Assembly (NCBI GenBank): GCA_001244265.2
Contig: CDLV01000006.1
Coordinates: 1,116,001-1,180,000 of the forward strand
Origin: Microbotryum violaceum
Taxonomy: Eukaryota
DNA: 64,000 nucleotides
Reading direction: 5' to 3'
Shown here piece after piece: positions 11,641-28,073 of the stretch (positions are counted from its first letter, which is position 1; the number at the start of each line of letters is the position of its first letter). The notes under the pieces were generated by a model, which was given only the letters and a program-made list of their open reading frames with translations, ran no database searches and was not told the origin of the DNA. The position numbers were made by a program, and so were the translations under genes.

Positions 11641-13010
11641 TTATTTCTCGTCTTGCTTTCCCTTGTCTTTGCCTTTGCTGAACATGCCACCTGTGTTTGA
11701 TCCATCAATACACAGCAAGGGTCAGTACTTCCCCTTCGTGCAAAGGGGAACAGATTTGGGAGGAACTCAACGGAATTGCTGGTTGTTCTTCTCGGCCCTG
11801 GCCTTCTCCTCCAACTGGAGGTCATTCAGAGCCTTGACAAACGCCGGGTCGGGATTCGCCTTTTGCAAGTCCTCGATCATCTTCTTGCCCGCTGTAGTAT
11901 AGGAGGAAAATGAGTTGTTTTCAGCGTGCCGTGCGCCGGCCAACGATGGAAGAGACTTGTGATTTACTCGTGACCAGACCGAGCTTGATGCGTGCTTGGG
12001 CTTCACGAAACCTGGCCTTGGGGTTGTCTCTGTTGGTTGCAGGCAAGATACGTCAGCCCACCTTCGACTCAACTCAAGGACACCATATATGGTGCATCTT
12101 TTCGGATTCGAGCAAGACTCACGCTTCTATCTTGCGAGCTTCCAATGCGCAGTCGAGGGAACGTTGCCATTTCACCTAGGTACGACAAAGATGGGTAGAA
12201 TCAGCTTCTACTTTCATCCTTCCTTTCGGGAATGATCGAAGTGTTCCTTCGGGACGGGCAATCGATGCTCAGGCCCATCCTCTTTCGTGTTCACCCCAGA
12301 GTCGCCTCCTCCTGGACGGTCCACATGCTCTCCAAGCTCGTGCACAACATCCGAAGCTGACCTTCTTGAAATGTATCATGGCCATGTTGATGTGGGTCGA
12401 CACGATCGCCTGCTTGACCTTGTCGGTCAACTCTCGCTGCGCCTTCGCCTCGTCGTCAAGGGAGGCCTCGGCGCCACTTTGCGAGGGACGATGCATTTTG
12501 GGTGTAGCGCCCATCGCTTCTTGGATCGAGCCATCAAGACCTGAAAGAACATGAGGAAGATGGACTGATAAGGAGTTAGTTGTGGGAGCATGACAGAGAG
12601 CTTCCGTCAGCGGAGCTTGGGTTATGTACGGTGCTCCACGGAGCTGAACACGGACATAGACCCAGTCGGGGTCTTTTGCTAACTAAAGCACAGGAACTTT
12701 ATCAGTCGAATGAAGCTACCTTACCTCGCAAGGAGAAAAGCACGGTGTGGTAGTCTTGCAAAGCGCCTTGGAGATCGCCGGCCTTGAACTTTTCGTTGCC
12801 CTGTAAACGGACTTGAATCGCCTTGTCGACCGTTTCCTTTGGGTGATGAACATCATGGATCAGTCAGTGCATGATCCTATGACCTGGGTCCACCTCATCG
12901 CTGTCGAGGAGGCATGTCTGTGGTCCGCTCTGGAGTCGCTCCTCACATGTGGGGGGACCACTCGCAGATTCACTCACCCTCAATTGCCTCTGACGCTCAA
13001 CATCGGCCAT
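11641..13010 (-). CDS. TPR-repeat protein (TTC9/immunophilin-TPR-like), multi-exon
   Basis: Spliced ETVDKAIQVRLQGNEKFKAGDLQGALQDYH, STHINMAMIHFKK, C-terminal RGMFSKGK. Confidence 0.75.
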
Positions 13011-14117
13011 CTTCAATCACACAAGCCTCAGATGGGGTGGTTCGTATGGGTGGTGGTGGTGGTGTGCGAGTGCTTTTGCTACGCGCTCTGTGGGGGTAAT
13101 CGTGAGATAGGAGCGCGGACATAAAGCAGCGCAGCCGACGATACAACGATCCAGCGAGAACGTAATCTGTCGGTGAAGTCAAAAAAAAATGTCGGCCAGA
13201 CTGACAGATTGCGCCGTTCGGAGCGCACGGACCGCCGCCGATCAAAGCGGCTTCGTATTCAGCGCCGCAAGACTCTTGCCCCGGTTGTCTCCAACTCTTG
13301 CCTTTGACGTGTCCTTGTATTTAAAGCAGCATGCATCGGTGTTTAAGTAATCAACCTCCGTTGTGCGCATCTGCGCAGAGTTAACACTGGCGCAAGCTTC
13401 CAGCTTTCGGCGGGGGGTAAAAACGCTAGTAGCTGCCGGTTTTCTGAAGCGACGACCGAACACGTGGGACTCCATGGAGTAGCTGGCCTTCAGACCTGCT
13501 ACCCTCGGTCAGGAAACAAGATCTCTGAACAGGTCACCACAGCTCTGAAGTTTTTTGAATGATGCTTGCAGTACCGGCCTCAGATAAATTGACTACTCGA
13601 CGACGACGGATCTGTCGTCCGGGTCGTCGGAGCCAATTTTAGCTCCTCGGCCAAGTCCCCTCAGCCCCTCTGTGGATGGGTGGGTACAGCTAGAGGTCAC
13701 CAGGAACGTTCGCTATATTGCATCAAACATAACAAGCTTTCGAGCTCGTTCATCTCTTAGAATCCGCAAGTGCATGCAGTGTGACGTCGGCTGAGCGATC
13801 GGAAAGTCTTGATCGATTTCGCATGAGGTTCGTCTTTGTGCCGAGGTGCTGACATGCTGAGGCGCCCACGCTAGCGTCGGCAACAAGCTCGTTTGAACTT
13901 CGTTACTCTTGAGCTTCCTCTTGACTTCGCTCCACAACCCTCTTACCCCAAGTCCTTGCCGGTGAGTGCTGTCTTTGTTGATTCCCAGTAGATCAACCTC
14001 GTGCCACCGCGGTATACTCGATCACTAAACTTCCTCTGCACTCGCCTTTCTCATCTTAATTTACTCTCCTCCACAGCCTCCACAGCTCCATCCCCACTCT
14101 ATTCTCTCTCCGCAACC

Positions 14118-15769
14118 ATGCCCGCAGCGAAACAAGAAGATCTGTCGATCCCTACCACGAACCCGTCCTACGTACTCCGGGGGATCGAGGACACCGCCTT
14201 TGAGGACCGTGATATTCCCACTGAATGCGGTCCCCATGAGTAAGTCCCCAGCAACACCCGGCCCGTCTCGCGGGTGATGTGGGGCCCGGCCCGCGTTTCC
14301 GGTCGCCGTCTCCGAGGTAGCAGCAGGCAGGCTCGTCGAAGCATTTCAATGAAATAATTCTGACAGTCTCGGATCTTAACCCAACAGTGTTATCGTCGCT
14401 CCCAAAAAGACGGGTCTCTGCGGCTCGGACGTACACTACCTTTCGCACGGCAAATGTGGTGCCTTCGTCGTCGAGAAACCCATGGTCCTCGGCCACGAGA
14501 CCGCGGCGGTCGTCGTCAAGGTCGGCTCCTCGGTCAAGACGCTCAAGAAGGGTGACCGAGTTGCTCTTGAACCGGGAGAGAGTTGCCGCAAGTGCGATGT
14601 GTGCAAGGAAGGCTTCTACAATCGATGCCCCGACATGGTCTTTGCCGCGACACCGCCCTATGACGGCACACTCGCTGGCTTCTACCGCCTGCCCAGCGAT
14701 TTGGCATACAAGTTGCCCGAGACGGTCTCACTCGAGGAAGGCGCCCTTATGGAACCGCTTAGTGTTGCCGTGATGGCTGTAGCCAGGGTGGCTCGCATGC
14801 CCCTCGGCGCCAATGTCGTCGGTGAGTCGAGGGCCAACATCTGTCCATATACGCCACCCCCGAGTTTAAGAGCTGATGTGAACTCGCGTCGACCATCCTA
14901 GTCTTTGGAGCTGGTCCCGTTGGACTGCTGACCATGGCCGTTGCCAAAGCGTTGGGAGCCCGAAAAGTCATCGCCGTCGGTGCGTGCCCCTATCTGGAGC
15001 AAACTCTTCGGCGTTCCCTTTACTGAACCCTATGCTTGGCTCGGCCCTTTTTTATATAGATATTCAGCAAGCCCGACTCGAATTCGCGGCCTCGTACGCT
15101 GCCAACGACTACTTCATCCCTCCTCCCACCAAGGAAGGCGAATCGCGTCTCGAATATTCGAGTCGTTCGGCTCAAGAGATTCGATCGCGTTTCGGCTTCG
15201 GCGAGCGTGGTTCTACCGGGGTCGACCTCGTTGTTGACTGCACGGGTGCAGAAGTGTGCATCCAAACTGGGGTGTATGTTTCGTGTTGAATGCGGTCTGT
15301 CAAGGATTGAATTGAACGAGCTCCATCGCTGACTTCATTAAAAACAACCCCTGACAGTTACGTCGTCAAGCACGGCGGAACGTGTGTCCAAGTCGGCATG
15401 GGCAACGACAGCATCAATATCCCCATGTCAACCTTGCTCGTCAAGGAGGTGACGCTCAAGGGTTCGTTCAGGTACGGCCCCGGCTGCTACGATATGAGCA
15501 TCGACCTCGTCGCAAGGGGTCTGATCAACCTCGATCACTTGATCACGCACCGGTAAGTTGTTTTGCGCTGTGTCGGTCTAACACGGCCAGATCATACTCT
15601 TGACGACGCCCACTCCTACATTACTGACACTGAGCTTTGGGGGTTTTTTTTTTTCAGCTTCTCCTTCCGCGATGCGAATGCGGCATTCAAGGCGAATCAA
15701 GCCGGCAAAGGTACGGACGGGAAACCCCTCATCAAGGCGATTGTCGAGGGGCCAATCGACTCGAAGTAG
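14118..15769 (+). CDS. Zn-dependent sorbitol/xylitol dehydrogenase, multi-exon
   Basis: GLCGSDVHY, VLGHE, CRKCDVCKEGFYNRC, FGAGPVG, VDCTGA, GSFRYG. Confidence 0.95.
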
Positions 15770-16037
15770 GGTAGTCAGACGCGTTTGGGTAGAAAAGGAG
15801 ATGTAAGCCGCGAATATCATTCACATAACTCTCCACCTTAGTGAAGAGCTGCCGACGGAGTCCGAAGATGTGCCATTAGTACCAACCACTAAGTTCGGCT
15901 CGGGATGGAATGGGGCTTAAGTCGCAAATGACCTAGTACTTAGTAAATGACCTCGCATGCTTTGCCCCGCGCTCGTCGTCGCGCGCCAGTCTTGACTCTT
16001 TGACGCGTCGACCGACAACGAGAGAAGGAGCGCCACG

Positions 16038-18438
<2,401 letters not shown>

Positions 18439-18744
18439 GAAGCTGGCGGTGGTTTCTACCATGAGTCTAGAGTTGATTTTTTGTACCAGTCTTTTCTGCT
18501 CGGAGCTTCAATGCTCGGTCCTTATGACCTACTTCTTTGTTTTGCCTACTTCCTATTCAGCCATCCTGGCACCTATTACCTTGGACATGTACTGGAGCTG
18601 GGTCCCCTGTACCCCTTTCAACTTTCATGCTGACAGCCCCGCCGCCGTCGCGTCGTCGAGTCATAAGTCACGTTGCGCCCCAAGCCAAATCGGGCCAGAA
18701 AATAAATCACGGCGCGTGACTTGACACTCTAATCCTCTTTCGAA

Positions 18745-18816
18745 CCACCTGATCCACCTGATCCACCTGATCCACCTGATCCACCTGATCCACCTGATCC
18801 ACCTGATCCACCTCAT
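18745..18816. repeat. Tandem 9-mer (CCACCTGAT)x7 plus one variant copy
   Basis: Seen directly, about 240 bp upstream of the MEX67 start. Confidence 0.95.
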
Positions 18817-19053
18817 CATCGCTCCTTCTCGCCAGCTCGGGGCGCCCCTTGCACGACGGCTTCTTCGGGTCAAGCAGTAGTACACCGAGCTAGTAGTGCT
18901 CTCGGATACCGTCCCAGGACACACCACTGACGACAGCTCTGGACGACAAGGGCAGTCAGTACAAGCGCTCGAGCTTCTCTTCGCACGGCGCGCGTCGCAC
19001 CCGACACACCCGACGACCGTCCGGCCGGAGCGCGACTGTAGTTGGTCAGAAGC

Positions 19054-21685
19054 ATGGCCACCCCCGCAGCAGCCGCCGCCATCTTCAAAGCCGCTCTTCC
19101 CTCTCGCAATGGAAGCTCGGGCTCGGGCTCGGGCTCGGGCTCAGGTACAGGAGGTACATCGATCCGAGGAGCAGCCGGAGGTGCTGCGGTTGGATCTGCA
19201 AGTGGGAGAGGCGCTCGAAGGAATGAGGATGTCGGAATGAGTGATGCTTCGAGTGGGGTTGCTAGGAAGGGAAAGATGGGAGGTCATCGATCGAGTGGAC
19301 CGATGGGAGAAAGGGTGAGTACACAGTCATCTCATCTCAGGAGAGCCGGGGAAGCAAGGCGTCGTGGACGTTCGGCAACGGACACCGGCAGCTGCTGCAG
19401 TCGCTGTCACAGCACGATGGGTCGGCAACACAGCTAGCAGACGTGCACAGCTCACTGGGCGCTCCCGGTCGCATGCTCTAGTGCATTCCGTGAAAGCAAG
19501 CAGCTCGGCTGCTTTGAACGGGACGGACGTGACTTGTGAATTCGACGCGCTGTGGCCACATCAGCCAACCCCCGAGTTCACCGCCCACCGTTTCCGGTCA
19601 ATCTCTGTAAAAAAGGGAAGGAATGCTCATCATAGACCATTGGTCCCACAGTCGGGTAAAGGGAATCGAGGCGGTAGAGCAGGGCCGAGTGGAGGTCGAA
19701 ATCCAGGGCCCGCCGTGATTCACGACACAAATCGTCACGACGACCCGGCCAAGAAGACACCTCGCTCGACCAATAACATCGACAATCTGCGCTTGTTCCT
19801 CAGCATGCGCTACTCAGTCGAACTGCGCATGCTCAATCTCGAGTACCTCGCCGACGACCCGACCCTCAAAAAGTACGGCATCATGCCTCCCGGTCACAAG
19901 GACAGCGCCACCAACCTCGCTGCCGTGTGGTGGAAACTCGCCGCCGAGATGTTCCCAGAGGTACGCCATTATCGCATCTTGAATGTGGTGCAGTAGAAGA
20001 TGATGTGGGCTAACATTTGGCCCCGCATCGCTCGCACATAGGTCGTCTCACTCTCCCTCGCCAACAACAACTTTCCTTCCCTGCTCCCTTTTTCACCCCA
20101 TCTCCTCACGACATCACTACCCAATATCGAGAACTTGTCGCTCGCCAACAACAGGCTCAGGGCCTTCCACGACCTCGACCCATTGAGTCCTCATACGGGC
20201 AAGGTTCGGAACGATGGCAAGCCCAAGGGGTTCCCCAAGCTCAGGGAGCTCATCCTCAAGGGCAACCCCATGGTCGAAAAGAGTGACTACAAAAGGTGAG
20301 GAAGCGTGGAGTCTGATTTCATAGCACTCGAACTGAACAGTAAAGTCAACACGACGGTCCAGACAAATCGCCCGGCGGTTCAGCACGATCTCCTCGTTGG
20401 ACCAAGAACCAATCGACACCTCCATCGCTTTCTCGGACCGACCCGGCGATTCCGCGTCGGATATCCCCGCCGGTCTCTCCCCTGGTCTCGCTCGACAAGC
20501 CGCCAAAGGACGAAATCGAGAAGCGATCGTATTTCCTGTGCCAATCGCTCCAGGATTCTTTGACCTCGAAGTTACGCGCGACTTTGTGGCCGGCTTTTTG
20601 GGCAAATTTTTCCCCGCCTATGACTCGGATCGTTCGACGCTGCTGCCTGTGTATGCACCCTCCTGTACCTTTTCCTTCAGCACAGACACGGTCCCACCGT
20701 CAAAGTCACGAGCAAGGCGCATCGGTGCCAAGCATGACAAGTTGTTGCCGAATCAGCACAAGCTCGACTGGAAGGACTACATCACCGCGACGGGGAGCCG
20801 GAACCTGACGCGGGTCCGAAGGCCCGAGAAACGCGTCGCGACGCTCCAACTCACGCCTCAGGACGTCATTCGGTCCCTTAATTCGTTGCCCAAGACCCAG
20901 CATCCGCTCGATGATCCGACAAAGTTCGTGTTTGATTGCTTCACATTGCCTGCGTTCCTCAGACCGAGCGCACCGGGGGGAGAGCCCGAGACCGTCATTA
21001 TGGCTTGCGTTCATGGCGAATTCACCGAATGCGAGTAGATTACTTGCCTTGCCTCTTTTCTGTTCTTTCTAGATATTTGAACATCCACTAAACCCTGCTT
21101 CTACATCCGCGGCGCACAGTGCCCTGCAACGGTGTTCGCTCGTTCGATCGAACCTTCATTCTGGCGCCGGCACCTCCTAGTTCCTCGTGAGTAATAGTCT
21201 TCACCGAATATACGTGAGTCGTCTGCGGCCACTGATATGTTGCACATCTCGTACCTCGCAGAGCGCACAATGCTGGCTGGCCGTGCGTGATCGTATCGGA
21301 GCAAATGACAGTGCGTGGATATTCAAGCCCCATCGCATGGGCTCCTGAGGGCAGCAAGGACGCACCCTCAGCAGCAGCTGGACCTGCCTTAACTGGAACT
21401 GCTACTCAAGAACGAACACCAGGGATTGTATGTAGTCACGTTTAGTCCGAGGCTCAAGTGCCACTTCCGCAAAGTCTGACCATATTTTCATACCCGCTTG
21501 GGGCGCCGCAGACGGACGAGCAACAGATGACTGTCCTCCAATTGCAATCCGTGACGAATCTCACCTACTCGTTCGCGTATATGTGTCTCGAACAAAACGC
21601 CTGGGTCCCCGAAACCGCCTTGGCCAATTTCCAGCAACTGCACGCGAGCGGTGCGATCCCCGCCGAGGCCTTTGTCAAGCGCTGA
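19054..21685 (+). CDS. MEX67: mRNA export factor Mex67/NXF1, multi-exon
   Basis: RGG-rich N-terminus, LRR (SLSLANN, NLSLANNRL, LILKGNP), NTF2-like (LPKTQH, VHGEF, RSFDRTFIL), UBA/TAP-C (MCLEQNAW...IPAEAF). Confidence 0.93.
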
Positions 21686-22258
21686 GCTGAGAGCGGGTCG
21701 GCGATCTCTTTCTGGCGCGCACCGCTTGAGTCCCGTTGAGGCCGTCGTCCGGGATGGATCAAAAGAGTGTTTCGACCGTGGCCTATACAATCTTTGCCTC
21801 TCAGTTCTGAGATCCACTTGCCCTTATTTGTAATTTAACGCATTCTTTAAACGTGTTTGACGCTTCCAGGGCTGGCCCTCCGCCCTCCAGCTTCAACCCT
21901 GACACCGTCGACGGACGGGGCTCGGTAGCACTACGTCGCGAAATATTTTAGGCCCGACACCAGCAATGCATGACCTGAACGGAATGATAGCCTTGGGATG
22001 ATACCGAGATCACAGCGCAAGTCAAAAATTTGCCCGTCGGCTTGCCAAGAACTGGCGTCGTTATGACATATCTTGATCAGGCATCTTCGGATCGTCACAA
22101 AGAGCAAGGCGGCGGTGTCGCAGCCGTTCGGCGTTCGGCTCGGCCCATTCCGTGGCGCGAACGACGCGCTCCAGTCGACCTCGCGAAACTCGGCCTCCGC
22201 TCTGCCTCTGCCTTCACGCTCCTTTTCACTGTTTCCCTCGAACTTACTCGGCAGCAAG

Positions 22259-23394
22259 ATGGCCGTGACGGTGAATACGCCTGGAAAGGATGAACTGGTG
22301 CATCTGGTAAAGTTTGATCCCGAGAGTGAACTGCACGTCGCAGAATTGAAGCGTCAGAGGATTGTGAGTCAGCTTTCAAGTTCCTCCACGTGATTCCGGC
22401 GCGATCGAGGAGGGGGTCATATTGAGATCTCGTTTCATAGTGAGGAGATGCTGATATTGGATCGTGGGGTTTCTCAAAAGATTTGCGGTTGGAATGAAGA
22501 TCTCGTCGAGGGGTGGTGCAACAAGGCTCGCCGAGGACTGAAGGTGCGTGGGATGACTCTCAGGCGAAGTTTCAAGAACTGCAGTGGGAGGCTTTGAGCC
22601 AGTAGATCTCCACCACGATGTGCCGTAGCAAGAACCCAAAAGTCTGACGTTCTTCTCATCGCTGAACAGGGCCTGGTATGGGTCATGAGGTCGTCGACGC
22701 CGGCCGCTCAGGCTTATTTCGCCGCCAAGCCCCTGCCCGAACTCGAGAAGCTTAATTTGACCAACGACCCCGCAGCTCGTTCCCCTAGGCCGATCTCTGA
22801 GAACTTTAGGCCCATTGGACATGCATCTCTGGTGAGCTACAGTATCTATATGCGCGACAACCCCACCTCTAAGCTGAGCTGACCGATTCCGAAACCCTTC
22901 GTACATGCAGGACTGGGAAGACATGCTGAACGATGAGACGCTCGCTTCGAAAAAACTCGGCAACATCACCTTCACCTCCTTCTTCCTCCTCCTCTCGCAG
23001 CAAGGTCTCGGTCTCGGTTCGCTCGTGATGGACCTCCTCGAAGCTATGGCCAAAACCCGTGAATACGGCGCAAAGTACATCACATTGACGACGCTTGATG
23101 GGGACCTCGCTCGTGATCCGGCATGGTGGGAGAGAACGTTGGGGCTGGCGTTCGATCCGAGTAAACGCATCAATGAGGAATGGTACGCGCGTCGTGGGTA
23201 CGAAGTCTTGAGGAAGAATGTGCCGAGGTACCCCGAGTTGCACAAAAAAACCGGTGAACAGGTCATATTGAACGCTGTGGTGCGTGGCAGTCCTTTCCCG
23301 GCCAATAGGACGGCACACAAGCCGCTTCGGTAAACCACGAGACTGACATTCGGCGGTTGCTCTTTTCGGACAGTACATGAGGAAGAAGCTGTGA
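22259..23394 (+). CDS. GNAT-family acetyltransferase-like protein, multi-exon
   Basis: IGHASL, FFLLLSQQGLGLGSLVM (acetyl-CoA motif A), WYARRGY, C-terminal YMRKKL. Confidence 0.8.
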
Positions 23395-23607
23395 GCGTCG
23401 GAACTGTACAATCTTGGTTCGCTATGAGCTTTCTCTTCAGGTATATGAACAGGATTATGGTAATGCAAGAGCGCCATAGCGAATCACGAAGGTCTTGAAG
23501 GTCCACCTGAACCAAGAAACTGAGAGCGATGGTGTAGGTGAGAGAGACGATAAATTTGCGAAGGCAGACTATGCAGGAAAAGAACAAAGAACAAAGATTG
23601 GTACACT

Positions 23608-26600
23608 TTATCGAATCTCTCGTAGCTTGAATACGACTGCGACGGTGAGGATCATCGCAAAACCGATGAGGAACGCGGCGATGACCAACACATCTCGATA
23701 GTAGGCGTCCGTGTTAAATCCGAAGAGCGAAATCATGATCACCTTGGCAGAGATCGAGACTTTGACGCCTTGCAACCTGTCCACGATCATTAGCCCGCCC
23801 GAGATTTCTGGATAGTATGAAGACGCTCCCAAGATTAGCCCTGGTTCAACCCTGTTGCCGATAGACGAAAGGCGCAGAACCCACCATTGACGGTCAAAGC
23901 TTCAAGAAAGTATTTTAACGGACAAAGCCACTGGATCCATCGCAACGCGGCAGGGATCGAGTCCAAGTGGATGAAGAATCCGGCGAAAGCCTGCGTTGAG
24001 AATGCGAACACAAAGATGAGCACGCATGCACGTCATCGCGAAGATAGCTCGGGGCATACCATTTGAGCGAGATTAAGGATTGAAGAGATTAGAATCGCAT
24101 TGCCAGTGTCTGTGATGACCGCGGCGAGCAGGAAGTTGAGCACGGCCGTCGACATGTTGTAGAGCACGAGGATGAGCAAGTATTTGAAGAAGTGGGCCGC
24201 GTCGGGGCTCAGGCCAACCATCCAGTACACAATCGAAGAGACGATAAGGATCGGAATGATGCGCAGAGGGATGAGATCGAAAACGATTCGCGAGGCGAGC
24301 CACGAGATGGGCGAGTAGTATCCGTTCGCGCGCTCGCGCAGGAACAGGCTCCTGCAGTTTGCGAAGTTTGACAACGCCGACAAGGACGAGAACACGATCA
24401 AAGAACCGAGGAAGAAGAGAGATCCGACGCGTGATTGGAAACCGCCGATCGTAAGGTCGACCCGGAAGTACATGCCACCGATGAACGCCCCAAGGAGGGC
24501 TGCGGTCCCGACATGCATGACGACCAAAGAGTGGTCGCGTTTCAGGTTGCGCAGCTCGCGTTTGGCGAGCGCCTCGAATTGTGTAAGCGCACAGGCCTGC
24601 GGTTTCGAGTGCATCGATGCGGTCGGCGTGTCGATGAAGCAGGTGTTGTCGCCCCAGTTTCTCTTCTCGTCGTGCCCGTCGCTCGTAAGCGTGTCTCCGC
24701 TGCTAAGCTGCAGCAACGGCGCCACCGCGAGCTCGAGGAAGTGATCAGCTGGGTTCCACTCGTACGGCACGGGGTCTCCCCGGGTTGCGAAATATGCACT
24801 CGCGTTGTGGGCGTCGCCGCAGTACATCACCCGACCGCTCGAGCCGAACAGGATGAGCTGATCGAACAAGTTGAACATGGGCGACGAAGGTTGATGGATC
24901 GTGGTGATGACGGTGGTACGGACACCCGTGACGCCTTTGGTCAAATCTTTAAGAACTTGTATGACCTTCTTGGCCGCGGACGAGTCGAGGCCACTCGTGG
25001 GTTCGTCGCAGATGAGAACCGCGGGGGTGGCGAGCAGTTCCAAACCGATGGAGACTCGACGACGTTCTCCGCCACTGATTCCACGGTGTTCTGTATCGCC
25101 GACGATCGTATCCGCGCACTCGATCAGACCAAGAAGGGTGAGGACCTCAGACACGCGTTCCTTCCTCTCGGACGGGGTCGTGGTTTCGGGCATCTTAAGT
25201 TCCGCAGCGAAATGAAGGCATTCCCGAACGGTCGCGGTTGCAGGGAGCACGTCATGCTGGTCCACGATTCCGACCTGGACCTTGCGGGAACGAGCACCCT
25301 GGGCAAGCCCAAGGTGGATGCTGCCCGCAGTGATGCCGTTCTTGTGTTTGCCGGCGAGGAGTTCGACAAAGGTCGATTTTCCGGCGCCGGTCGGACCAAG
25401 GATGGCGCACAACGTTCCAGGTTGCACCTCGCCACTCAGATTATCTAAGATAACGCGTTTTGCTCGACGTCGTTGACCGAGCACGCCGAATCGTCGCTGT
25501 GGCAGCGTATAGCTGAGTCCCGACCAGTGCATACCAACCGCGCCATCCTGCTGGTCGTCCGCCAACGCCGTTGCGGCTCTTCTCGCCTTCTTCTGCACAA
25601 CGCAGCCCCAAATCAAACACCCAAGCAGAGCGACGATGAAAGCGCCAACGATGGCCAAGCCGATGACAACACCGTGGCTGAGTTCCGTGCCCGCAGTGGT
25701 CGAGTCGTTGACGCGCTGAGCAGCAAGCGTCGCGATCGTCGCGGATCGTGTGCACTCGCTGTGTTGGCACGAGTTGAGTTCCAGCCCTTGGGCACCAAAG
25801 ATCGTTTGAAGCACGCTTTGTTTGAAGTCGCAGACCGGGCCATCGCCATCGCACGTGACCTCGATGCCACCCTTGAGGCCACCAATGGTGTCAGTGAGAT
25901 CGAGTGCGCCTGTTCCGCAAAATTGAGTGCCCGGAATGCAGCGACATCTGCACATGCGCAAAACGTGGTTTGATGAGCCGCGGTAAGCAATAGGGTCTAA
26001 GGTTTCCAAATGCCCTAATGCGGTGATCACCATGAGACAAGAGAGAACTTCAAAGAGAGAGAGCCCCGACTAACTTGAGGTTCAAGCACTGCCAGGTCAC
26101 CGTCGTCTTGCCATTCGTAGTCGCATTTTGTTGGGTACACGTGTCAGCGGCACAGTAGAACTGCTCAATGAGGGTCGTGTTGCCCGTCGGCGCGGCGTAG
26201 AACAGCGTGGCCTGCATGCCCCTGTTCGGTACGGACGACTTGGCGTAGAGTGAATCGGCCGTGTCGAACGAGTTCTGAAACACCAGAGCAGTGGTACCAG
26301 CATAGACGGCTTGCAACGTTGGATTCTGCATAGGACAAAGCCGTAGTCGGGGTGGACGGGGCATCCTTTTGTCAGCGTTGGAAAAACTGCCAGGACGAAG
26401 TCCCGGACGGTGATCAACAGAAGGTAGTCTCAGGATCCGACACGGCGCCACGCCGAGATAGGAGAGCTCTGGAGCCCCCAAAGTTACACAGGAAAGCGTC
26501 AACATACCACTACATCACAGTATGTGTACCCTTCGGTCCACACATACGCTCCCGAGTTGTGCACGATGTCGTCGTAGACACCCGAAGTGGTGAACGTCTG

Positions 26601-26966
26601 CCCCGACACGCCGAGATTGTTGGTGAGCGCGGCGAGACAGGCCGAGCTGCCGTTGGCAATGGAGCACATCGGGCCTGACCACCCCGTCGTGCATTGGGCC
26701 GCACATCCAGTGCTACCAGATGAACCGGCGAGTGCTATGTTAAACGGAGCACGCGAGGAGGTGCTGGCGATCGGGTTGGAGCAGACGAGCTGGGAACAGT
26801 TCGCGCCGCCGAACCCGGACGGGCAGGAACAGCTGTTCGTCGACGAGTTGAAGAGGCCAGCGTTGTCGCAAGTCCCAGTCGTGCGCTGGGCGGAGACGAC
26901 CGCAACCCAGGCAAGCGCAAGGAGCTGCACAACTGGGCCGAGTCGGAGTCGCAATGAGCTGGTCAT
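23608..26966 (-). CDS. ADP1: ABCG half-transporter with Cys/EGF-rich ectodomain (Adp1-like), multi-exon
   Basis: Signal peptide, CSCPSGFGGANC, Walker A GPTGAGKST, ISGGERRRV, CDEPTSGLDS, TIHQP, ABC2 membrane domain. Confidence 0.93.
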
Positions 26967-28073
26967 GGCCGCCAAGGCGAACTGGGCGACAGGGCGCGGT
27001 GCTTGCAGGAGCGGGTAACGACTAGAGTAGGGTGACTGTGAGGGGACAGGGCGCCAAACGAGACGCGAGAGGCAAGGCACGGCAGCACGGGGTGGGGAAG
27101 GCCAACGATCGACAAGCGCACTGGCGCGACCGGCGGAATTGAAACTCCAGCCTAGAGGAGTATTCCAGTGGAGACCCGCATCCCGAACGTCTAGCAACGC
27201 GATCGGCCAGTCGCCAGTTTGAGAAGAATTCGGTGCCCACGTGTTTCGACATATTGGAGCAGCCTCCTTGAGTGGATCAACCGGGGTTTTCCTTCGATTT
27301 CAATGCCTCGAGCAGCTACGATAGAACAGAAGGGCCCATGGATATCATGAACGCAGGGCGTCCGTGTCGGTAGGCGTATCCGGATGCAGCAACGTACGGG
27401 CTTGGAACGGCAGCGAACGGCAGCGAACGGCGCGGTCGGCGCCAGTCGCCAACTTCTTGAAAGGGCATCACTAAGCGCGATCAGATGTCGCGTCGTCGGT
27501 CATAGTTGATATTTTCTCGTCGACAGACTAATCACAGGAGGTGCAGGGAATTGATGAAGAGGAGGGTGTCCGGGGTTGATCCGATCCTTGCTTTACCGCG
27601 ATCATGTGAGCGGCGTGATCGCGCGGCGCGTCCCAGGCAACAGCTGGTGTGCTCGAGACGCTCGTTCGAGACGACGAGCTGACCGTCTACAACTTCCCAC
27701 AAGCAGAGATCGATAACACAGGCATGGGGCTGAGCCCAATAGGTACCTAGGAGTGCACTCAATAATCGAGAACGATCGCACTCGGAGCGGATGTTGAATG
27801 CGAGAACCGTGAGTGAGCGACCGAGTCAGCGTTCGGAGGCGACTTGTATCGCTGTCTCACCAACGCGACCACGACACGGCACGTGCTGGCGCTGGGCCCG
27901 GCGCACCTCGATCACAAACGCAGATTAAGGCGCTCGGCTCAAAGGTTCGCCCCGGATCTTACAGTCAGTGCCTCTTGGTCTCCTTCTTCCTCAACTTAAC
28001 TTAACTCGCTCTCTACCCAGCACCCGTATCGCCTACAGCCCTCCTCACCTTCCTAGCCCACACCCGCCAATCC

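Noticed and set aside
22376-23587. 403-aa minus-strand ORF, and other long antisense ORFs such as 4208-5041 and 24435-25448
   Set aside because: Shadow frames of real genes in GC-rich DNA.
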